Under the pieces are notes generated by a model, which was given only the letters and a program-made list of their open reading frames with translations, had not been told where the DNA came from and made no database searches. This document shows, piece after piece, positions 57,728 through 64,000 of a stretch of DNA of 64,000 nt. The stretch is from a virus. Location: IMG/VR virus record IMGVR_UViG_3300046457_000143, positions 1 through 64,000 of that record. One strand, 5' to 3'. The position numbers were made by a program, and so were the translations under genes. Position 1 is the stretch's first letter. Every line of letters starts with the position of its first letter.

Positions 57728-57865
57728 TCATCTTGGAGCACTCTGACAACCGGGCCGAATCCCATTTGTTCCGCGTTGACAGTGGACCACGCTCACGCAA
57801 TGCCCTGCGTAAGACTCTTAGGTGGCCTTGCCTCCAGCGGCGTCAGCCAGAGTGCTCGAAGATGA
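57728..57865 (-). ncRNA. Candidate structured RNA or leader closed by an 18-bp stem
   Basis: TCATCTTGGAGCACTCTG (57728-57745) and CAGAGTGCTCGAAGATGA (57848-57865) pair at 17/18 positions; nested internal stems. Confidence 0.55.
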
Positions 57866-57879
57866 CAACCTTGCTTGCT

Positions 57880-57898
57880 CCTCAAAGTTATATCTAAT
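57880..57898 (-). promoter_or_regulatory. Candidate middle promoter (copy 3)
   Basis: CCTCAAAgttATATCTAAT on + strand. Confidence 0.6.
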
Positions 57899-57906
57899 AT
57901 ACGATC

Positions 57907-57932
57907 AATAAAAAGCCCCTGTCAAGGGACTT
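57907..57932 (-). terminator. Rho-independent terminator
   Basis: AAGTCCCT-TGAC-AGGGGCTTTTTATT on - strand. Confidence 0.7.
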
Positions 57933-57983
57933 GCTGGCGGGGGAACCCCAAACAAACAAAGATGGGGTGCCCCCGCTGTGACC

Positions 57984-58187
57984 TCAGTCGTCCACTTCTG
58001 CTGTGGCCTTCGCCCGGTATCTGACGAATGCGTACTTGAACTGCCGGTCCATGTTGTCCCGGCAGGGGCCGCACCACCAGCGGTACTCCGTATCGAGCAG
58101 GGACCAGGCGTTATCGCACCCGCAGCTGCTACACCGAGGCAATAGCTGAGACGGGCTCGTCTCGCTGGTTTTGGTACTTTCCGTCAT
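57984..58187 (-). CDS. Small Zn-finger protein
   Basis: CSSCGC...WCGPC; AAGGAG precedes ATG at 58187; overlaps the 3' end of dcd. Confidence 0.5.
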   Translation of the reverse strand: MTESTKTSETSPSQLLPRCSSCGCDNAWSLLDTEYRWWCGPCRDNMDRQFKYAFVRYRAKATAEVDD

Positions 58188-58653
58188 ACCGTTGATGCTC
58201 CTTCGTCTGGTGAAACACGACCTGAGCGATCGCGGCGCCCTGCGGAATGACCAGGCCACCGCTGCCGTGGTAGACGAGTTCGAGTGTCAGGAATCCCTTC
58301 CACCCTGGCTCGATCACGGTATTGAATACGCTCAGGCCTTGCCGTGCCCAGGTGGACTTGTCGTGCACGATGCCGATCATGTCGGTCGGCATGTCGAACT
58401 CTTCGATGGCCGAGGCGATGATGAACTGACCGTGCGAGCGGCGGTAAGCGGTCACCTTCCCTTCCTGGTTCCGCTCGGTCGAGATCACGTACCGCTCGCT
58501 CCAGCTCTTCTGCACGAACTGGATCTCCTGCTTGATACGGATGTCGTATCCCGCTTCACCCAGGCCACGGCTGACGCCATGCTCGTGCACCTTGTAGCCG
58601 ATCATGTCCTTGATCGGCTGCCTGAGAACCAGTCCTACTCCGTTTATCACCAT
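58129..58653 (-). CDS. dcd: dCTP deaminase (N4 gp26-like)
   Basis: GYDIRI; HDKSTWARQGL; IEPGWKGFLTLE; YDGKYQNQ. Confidence 0.92.
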   Translation of the reverse strand: MVINGVGLVLRQPIKDMIGYKVHEHGVSRGLGEAGYDIRIKQEIQFVQKSWSERYVISTERNQEGKVTAYRRSHGQFIIASAIEEFDMPTDMIGIVHDKSTWARQGLSVFNTVIEPGWKGFLTLELVYHGSGGLVIPQGAAIAQVVFHQTKEHQRYDGKYQNQRDEPVSAIASV

Positions 58654-58659
58654 GTTGGG

Positions 58660-59805
58660 TCACTCGCTGATGTGGACTACGTCACCGAAGCTGGGCGTGT
58701 GTCCGTGCTTGCTCTTCAGACACACCCACAGAACCGGAATCTCATCCAGACCGGTGGGGTCCATCGGTGAGCATTCCATGTCGGAAAAGATGATAGCAGC
58801 GGTCGGCTTCTCTTCCAACATATCTCTACGGACACAGTCCAGACTCGTACCTCCCCGACCGATGATTTCGAGTTTCTCGAACTCGTCGTCTTCTTCCCAC
58901 ACGTCGATCCGCTGGATCTTCGTGTCGAACTGGACCACGGAAAGTTTTTCCGGTCGGAACGTGTCTTTCACAAACTTGAGTTCGGATTTGAACCGCACCG
59001 CATGACTCATGCGGATCGATCCTGACACGTCGATGTACCAGCGCAGGTTTTCCAGCCGGCCCATCTCCAGCTTGCGGCCGGGCAGGTAGATGTCATCGAA
59101 GCGGCGATTGGGCTTGGCCCAGGTGTAGTCCTCGTCGAGCAGCTCCGAGAACCAGCGCTGCAGCACGGTCTGCCAGGGAATGACCGGCTTCAGGAACTGT
59201 TCAACCAGCTCCCTGATATCACCGGGGACATGCCCTGCCCCGCTCATCTTCGCGTGCTGGATGGCGGTCACCACCTTGGACACCACCTGATTCTTCTTGG
59301 CGTTGTCCATCGGGAACATGTCCACGCCGGTGCCCGGCCCCCATGCGCCGAAGTTCGGTACTCGGGGTTGGGCCATGATCTTGTCGTAGACATCTTCTTC
59401 GGCCATGCCGTCGTACTGGCTATCGAGCAATCCGCCGAACTTGAAGTCGCACCGCTCCTTCTCCAGATCGCCGTTGATGATGTAGTCGCAGGCCTGATTC
59501 CATCCTTCCGGATCGCGGTTGCCGGCCCGCACCATGTGCAGCCGTGCGACGTGCCACAGCTCATGACGCAGCACCGTGTTGCGGTTCTCCGGAGCCAGGG
59601 TGAGAAACCAGTCCGGGTTCCACCAGAGGTTGATGCCGTCGGTGGCCGCCGTGGGAATCTCCCGCGTCCAGGCGAACTCCAGGCTCGACATGATCGAGCC
59701 GAGGAAAGCCGCCGTATCCGACTTGAGAAACACACTGCTCTTCGTAATGTCGAGCAGCTTGTTCAGGACGCGTAGATCCATGCTGGCCGGGTCGGCAGCT
59801 TGCAT
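58660..59805 (-). CDS. HEXXH metallopeptidase-like plus VWA domain protein (N4 gp25-like)
   Basis: TAATDG; HELWH; DVSGS MIDAS motif; GRGGT; FSD. Confidence 0.9.
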   Translation of the reverse strand: MQAADPASMDLRVLNKLLDITKSSVFLKSDTAAFLGSIMSSLEFAWTREIPTAATDGINLWWNPDWFLTLAPENRNTVLRHELWHVARLHMVRAGNRDPEGWNQACDYIINGDLEKERCDFKFGGLLDSQYDGMAEEDVYDKIMAQPRVPNFGAWGPGTGVDMFPMDNAKKNQVVSKVVTAIQHAKMSGAGHVPGDIRELVEQFLKPVIPWQTVLQRWFSELLDEDYTWAKPNRRFDDIYLPGRKLEMGRLENLRWYIDVSGSIRMSHAVRFKSELKFVKDTFRPEKLSVVQFDTKIQRIDVWEEDDEFEKLEIIGRGGTSLDCVRRDMLEEKPTAAIIFSDMECSPMDPTGLDEIPVLWVCLKSKHGHTPSFGDVVHISE

Positions 59806-59820
59806 ACTCTTCTCCTTGGT

Positions 59821-60036
59821 TCAAAAAATGGCAATGCGGCCGTCGCTGTCCTGGCCATCGAGACGATTGCCCCACTTGATGTCCAGCTGCGCCGGGCGGG
59901 GATAGATCCACGAGACACTGCGGCAGCTCTCGGTCTGACATTCCAGACCCAGGTTTGCCTCCGCATCGCTCGTGAAGATCTTGAACAGCTCCCCGCCGCA
60001 ACCCCCGCACTTCATCTGCTTGAGGTCGGTGTACAT
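59821..60036 (-). CDS. Small Zn-ribbon protein, 71 aa
   Basis: CGGCG...C.TESC; sits exactly between the ATPase and VWA genes. Confidence 0.65.
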   Translation of the reverse strand: MYTDLKQMKCGGCGGELFKIFTSDAEANLGLECQTESCRSVSWIYPRPAQLDIKWGNRLDGQDSDGRIAIF

Positions 60037-60038
60037 GC

Positions 60039-61082
60039 TCAGATCGTCAGATACTTGGCCAGCTCGCTCATCGCCTTCGTGAACGAAGGGTGCTGGCGCA
60101 GGTTCGGATGACGGACCATGGTCGAGCGGAAGAACAGGATCCGCATCGAGATGCCGAATTCCTGCCGGTTCACGTAGGTGCACACGTCGTCGAAGTTCAC
60201 GACGTTGATGTTTTCCATCAGGTGAGCGATGGTCGCCCACTTGGATGAAGCCGAGTCCGGGATGCGGAGATTCTTCGGATCCTTGACCACCATATCGATG
60301 GTGACCAGATCCTTCCACACGTTGGCGAACGTGATGAACTCGGTGGCAATGCCGCTGGTGAGCGCACCGGTGAGGAGCGGCGCCTTGTCGGTCAGGTCGC
60401 CCTGATAGTTCGGCAGCTGGCACAGGCTGTTCACGAACTCCCAGGTACGCGGACAGGCGAAGGTCTTCTCCGTGTGCGACGGGTTGAAGTCCATCAGCTT
60501 GTTCTCGAACTGCGACAGGAAGCCGATGATGCGCTGGTCGTAGTTGTTGGCGAACGCGACATCGTAGAGCCACTCCTGGAAGTTCACTTCCAGCTCCAGA
60601 TGCACGACACGGCTTTGCATGGCCGTGCTGATCTGGTTGACGATCGCCCGGTCGGTGGACAGGTTGCCCGCTGCCGTGATCACGCAGTTCGGGTGCAGCT
60701 TGAACTGGCCGACCATGCGGTCGAGCACCAGCTTGTAGGCCGCAGCCTGCACGCTCTTGGCCGATGAGTTGAATTCATCGAGAAAGAGCATCCAGCCAGC
60801 GAAGTCCTTCGGCACCGGCGTGTCTTCCAGCGGGAAGAGATCCTTGAACGGGAGAAACTGCGCAAACCCGTCGTGAAAGCGGGGCAGTCCGGAGAGATCT
60901 TCCGGAGCCGAGGTGGAGAGCCGGTGGTCGATGACCTTCAGATCGAAGTCCTTGGCCACCAGCTTCATGATGCTGGACTTGCCTACGCCCGGCGATGCGG
61001 TGACGAAGGGGACCAGTCCAGCTTGCAGTGCGTCAGCGATAAAGCTGCGGAGTTGACGGGGTGAACAACGATATGCGTCCAT
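60039..61082 (-). CDS. MoxR-like AAA+ ATPase (N4 gp24-like)
   Basis: SPGVGKS; LFLDEFN; AAGN; CPRTWEF. Confidence 0.9.
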   Translation of the reverse strand: MDAYRCSPRQLRSFIADALQAGLVPFVTASPGVGKSSIMKLVAKDFDLKVIDHRLSTSAPEDLSGLPRFHDGFAQFLPFKDLFPLEDTPVPKDFAGWMLFLDEFNSSAKSVQAAAYKLVLDRMVGQFKLHPNCVITAAGNLSTDRAIVNQISTAMQSRVVHLELEVNFQEWLYDVAFANNYDQRIIGFLSQFENKLMDFNPSHTEKTFACPRTWEFVNSLCQLPNYQGDLTDKAPLLTGALTSGIATEFITFANVWKDLVTIDMVVKDPKNLRIPDSASSKWATIAHLMENINVVNFDDVCTYVNRQEFGISMRILFFRSTMVRHPNLRQHPSFTKAMSELAKYLTI

Positions 61083-61096
61083 GCCTTCCAGGTTCC

Positions 61097-61741
61097 TTAT
61101 TGTGCGACCTCCGTGCGCAGAACCTTGCCGGCGTGGATCGCCTGGCACAGCTCGTCATAGGCTGCCAGGAGTTTTTCCTGGGTCAGCTCACGGAAGTCAG
61201 AAATTGTTTTCTCAGGCATGAAATCAGCGATTCCAAACCTTCCTCGGGCCTTCAGTCGGACTGAGTCGCCCCAAAAAACCGGCATGACAGGTGCAATCAG
61301 ACGGGTGTCACGACATCGCGTGACTGCCTCCATCCAGCGATCTGCCAGCCAGTGCTGCTCATTGGTCCATCGCCACTCCGGGTGCTGCTCGAGAGTGAGT
61401 CGGTGAAAGAAACACACCTCGACGTTGTGCAACCAGTCGATCTGACCTTCACCACAGGTGGACTGAACGAGGTATTCATTGCCCCGACAGGTCACACGGA
61501 CCTGCTTGAGCCATCCCATACGGAACTCCAGGCGCCGGTGACCCGAGATCAGGAGCAGGTCTCCTTTCCTCAGTACGTCATCGCCGCCTGCGAGATCCAG
61601 GGAAACAAAGCCGGTGTGCGTCCCAAAGGTACGGGGCGTCTCCGATGCAGCATTGGCCATCCCATGAATCCGGGAGACACAGAACTGCAGCAGATAGTCC
61701 GTGATCATCTGGTGCGAAATGTCGTGGTGGCAGCGGTTCAC
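61097..61741 (-). CDS. Hypothetical protein
   Basis: AAGGAG RBS then GTG; 214 aa. Confidence 0.7.
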   Translation of the reverse strand: MNRCHHDISHQMITDYLLQFCVSRIHGMANAASETPRTFGTHTGFVSLDLAGGDDVLRKGDLLLISGHRRLEFRMGWLKQVRVTCRGNEYLVQSTCGEGQIDWLHNVEVCFFHRLTLEQHPEWRWTNEQHWLADRWMEAVTRCRDTRLIAPVMPVFWGDSVRLKARGRFGIADFMPEKTISDFRELTQEKLLAAYDELCQAIHAGKVLRTEVAQ

Positions 61742-61846
61742 GTTAGGACTCCTTGTTTGTCATGGCACAAATGGTGCCATAGCAATCTTCGAACCCAATG
61801 TGTGCTGTCACACATTCACACTGTTCACTCCATCTGACACCACAGA

Positions 61847-62056
61847 TCAGTAGTTCCCATCCAGCAGGATGTGGGCAGCTGCCTTCGACAGATTGACATT
61901 GACTATCTCATCCATCGGAAGTGTCTGATGCAAACCCAGTTTGGCCAGCTCAGCTTCGAGCATCTCTTTGGCTTCTGCCTGCGTGGATGCCACCATGACG
62001 GCAGCAGTACCCACCGGCCAAAAGCCTTTGAACCCCGTACAGGTGTATAGCTTCAT
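61847..62056 (-). CDS. Hypothetical protein
   Basis: F.GFWPVGTAAVMVA...ILLDGNY. Confidence 0.7.
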   Translation of the reverse strand: MKLYTCTGFKGFWPVGTAAVMVASTQAEAKEMLEAELAKLGLHQTLPMDEIVNVNLSKAAAHILLDGNY

Positions 62057-62430
62057 AGGTCACTCACGTCCTTGGCGAGCAGCTTTTCCTTCGTCAGCAT
62101 ATCCAGAGGACTGTCCCCGCCGTTGTAGTAGATGCAGTTGTAGGGCTGGATCGTGGTGAGATCCAGATCGAAGCCGCTGGCCGCTGCCAGCTCGATGAAC
62201 TGTTTAAGACCTTGCGGAGCCAGGGAGCCGAGATGCAGCCCGTAGATGTTCTCGCGCTCACTCAGCGACTTGTTCGAGTTGTAGTCGACATAGAGCAGCG
62301 TGCCGTCATAGGTGACGGACAGTTCGCTCTTTTCGTTCCATAGGTTCTCGTTCGCTTCCTCGCTTTCTTCCTCGCTCAGAGGCTTCAGCAGGACGGCGAC
62401 GAAGCCGTACTGACGCACTGTGCTGCTCAT
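62053..62430 (-). CDS. Hypothetical protein
   Basis: AAGGAG RBS; ATGA overlaps at both ends. Confidence 0.7.
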   Translation of the reverse strand: MSSTVRQYGFVAVLLKPLSEEESEEANENLWNEKSELSVTYDGTLLYVDYNSNKSLSERENIYGLHLGSLAPQGLKQFIELAAASGFDLDLTTIQPYNCIYYNGGDSPLDMLTKEKLLAKDVSDL

Positions 62431-62786
62431 ACCTTCTCCTTGGCTCGGCTGGCTCGCCGGCGTTGATTCTTCAGATGGGAAACCAGCTCCAGGTGAACTG
62501 GGTTACAGCAGAGCCGGTGGAAACACAGGTGATCGATCTGCTTCTTGCCGGGGATGTAGCCGAAGTAGTGGGTGTACACCACGAGGTGCACAGCCACGGT
62601 CTGCCCATTCAGGGACATGCGGCCGTAACCACCGCCCTTCCCTTCCCCGCTTGTCGGCCCTTGCCAGATGTGGCAGGGACTGGGCATGCCGTCGACCTCG
62701 AAGCCCATGTCCACCACCAGCACCCGCTCCATGATCCGTTCGATGATGGAGACCCGGCGCTCGGTCTGTGGAGCCAGGGTGCTCAT
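62427..62786 (-). CDS. HNH endonuclease (N4 gp22-like)
   Basis: CHIWQG; GGYGRM; IDHLC..RLCCNPVHLELV. Confidence 0.88.
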   Translation of the reverse strand: MSTLAPQTERRVSIIERIMERVLVVDMGFEVDGMPSPCHIWQGPTSGEGKGGGYGRMSLNGQTVAVHLVVYTHYFGYIPGKKQIDHLCFHRLCCNPVHLELVSHLKNQRRRASRAKEKV

Positions 62787-63133
62787 CGCCGGATACCCTC
62801 CTCCCACTGTCTGGCCAGGTGATTCAGCCAGCGACGCCGGAAGGCCTGCACGTTCACCGTATTGAGCAGCTGATTGTCGATCCCGATGCGCTGCAGGTAG
62901 CAGTGGACGGTGCAACCCTCAGGCAGGCGAGACTCCACGATCCGGGTAGCCGCAAAAGCCTGGGCAGGGGAAATACGACCCAGCTGCTTTGCTCTTGCTA
63001 TCGCATGGCAGATGAACCCTTCGGCACCATCCAAGGAGCCTGTGCCACTCCACAGGAACTTCTTCGCTTCGCGGAACGGGTTGCCCGTGGTGAAGTCCGG
63101 CCCGTAGAGCTGTGTCATGTTCATCGTTTCCAC
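62783..63133 (-). CDS. Hypothetical protein (paralog of the partial gene at the window end)
   Basis: FICHAI; C-terminal QAFRRRWLNHLARQWEEGIRR. Confidence 0.7.
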   Translation of the reverse strand: METMNMTQLYGPDFTTGNPFREAKKFLWSGTGSLDGAEGFICHAIARAKQLGRISPAQAFAATRIVESRLPEGCTVHCYLQRIGIDNQLLNTVNVQAFRRRWLNHLARQWEEGIRR

Positions 63134-63144
63134 CTTGAGGACTC

Positions 63145-63894
63145 CTATATGTCACGCATAAAGAATTGATGGATGACGCTGTTCAGCAGACGAATGCCGA
63201 TCGGTGTCTGTTCAGCCTGCTCCTGCATGCGCTGTACGATCACGCGGGATGCCACCTTGTCGTTCGTGTTCGGGTACAGCGCCTTGTACTGCTGGTACAG
63301 ATCAACCTTGCAGATATGCTTCTGCAATTCATCGAGGGGCACCTCATCCGTGCAGAACACGAGCGGTACCCGGCCGATGAACTCCGTGCGCAGACCTGCA
63401 TCCTTCAGCCCCTGCAGGCTGTCGATGCGCTGGTTGCTGTAGGCGCCGGCGAAGATGAACAGCGAGTTGTCGATCCGGAACGGCTCGTACTTGCCGTAGT
63501 CCGTGAAGATCGACGTGTACTTGCTCTCCAGCGCGGTCAGGAACTCGTCCTGCACCATCGAGCGGTACGACTCGGTCTGCTCGCCGTTGCGCTGGAACAG
63601 CTTGTCGAACTCGTCGACGAAGATGATGTTCGGCGTCGTCCACGTCTCACGCAGCTTGCGCAGTGCCTTCGACAGACTGTTGCCCGACAGGCCTTCGGCG
63701 GTGAGACCGGCTGCGTTCACTTCGATGACCGGCAGCTTGTATTCCTTGGCGACCTGGCCGATCAGATACGTCTTGCCCGAGCCAGATGGACCAGTGAAAT
63801 GGAAGTGCGGCCGGATCGCCGCTTCCGATTCATGGAACACGCGCATGATGTGGTCGAGCTGGCGCACGACCCGTTCTTGTTGCGGGAATATCAC
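63145..63894 (-). CDS. Truncated ClpX/HslU-like AAA+ ATPase
   Basis: GPSGSGKT; IIFVDEFDKL; VQDEFL; LFIFAGAY; GLRTEFIGRVP; GTG start in a GTGA overlap. Confidence 0.85.
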   Translation of the reverse strand: MIFPQQERVVRQLDHIMRVFHESEAAIRPHFHFTGPSGSGKTYLIGQVAKEYKLPVIEVNAAGLTAEGLSGNSLSKALRKLRETWTTPNIIFVDEFDKLFQRNGEQTESYRSMVQDEFLTALESKYTSIFTDYGKYEPFRIDNSLFIFAGAYSNQRIDSLQGLKDAGLRTEFIGRVPLVFCTDEVPLDELQKHICKVDLYQQYKALYPNTNDKVASRVIVQRMQEQAEQTPIGIRLLNSVIHQFFMRDI

Positions 63895-64000
63895 CTTCTC
63901 TCTCCTTGGTTCCATTTGGCCGCAAGGTGGGCCAACCAAAGAAAGCGATGGCCTTGGATGGCCAGGTCGTTGATGTCGCCCAGAAGCACGCCCGCCTCGT
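63891..64000 (-). CDS. Hypothetical protein, 3' fragment
   Basis: ...EAGVLLGDINDLAIQGHRFLWLAHLAAKWNQGERR*. Confidence 0.65.
   Translation of the reverse strand, partial: EAGVLLGDINDLAIQGHRFLWLAHLAAKWNQGERR

Noticed and set aside
59821-60573. 250-aa ORF overlapping the MoxR gene
   Set aside because: Only the last 71 codons (from ATG 60036) look coding
61745-61920. Cys-rich open frame on the - strand across the spacer (…LICGVRWSEQCECVTAHIGFEDCYGTICAMTNKES)
   Set aside because: No convincing start or RBS and atypical codon usage
1-64000. tRNAs, integrase, introns/inteins, vRNAP hairpin promoters, terminal repeats
   Set aside because: None recognised; core genes are uninterrupted, and the early region and genome ends lie outside the window

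Overview
About 64 kb of a GC-rich (roughly 60% by eye) lytic N4-like podophage (Schitoviridae). The window lacks the early region, so RNAP II and the hairpin promoters are not seen. Gene order is collinear with coliphage N4. The + strand (1-36446) carries the late genes: terminase large subunit C-terminus, gp67-like protein, an expanded ~10 kb receptor-binding block, holin/holin-like/GH108 SAR endolysin/Rz-Rz1, portal, gp57, major capsid protein, gp55-gp51 and a 3834-aa virion RNA polymerase. The - strand (36605-64000) carries the middle genes: RuvC, SSB, Sak4-like ATPase, primase, nuclease, PolA, helicase, MazG-like NTP-PPase, HTH, rIIB/rIIA, ThyX, dCTP deaminase, MoxR-VWA pair, HNH and a ClpX-like ATPase. 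Most notable observations: (1) a 9-bp motif CCCTGGYTC found at least 26 times by eye, where about 2 are expected; (2) a 978-aa tail-region protein with a PelA/GH114-like barrel interrupted by a Cys-rich insert and a beta-rich insert; (3) a recurring 19-bp candidate middle promoter, one copy sitting in front of a highly structured ~140-nt RNA; (4) a ClpX-like ATPase without the ClpP-docking loop, flanked by two paralogous small genes. All calls come from motif recognition and synteny; no database searches were run.
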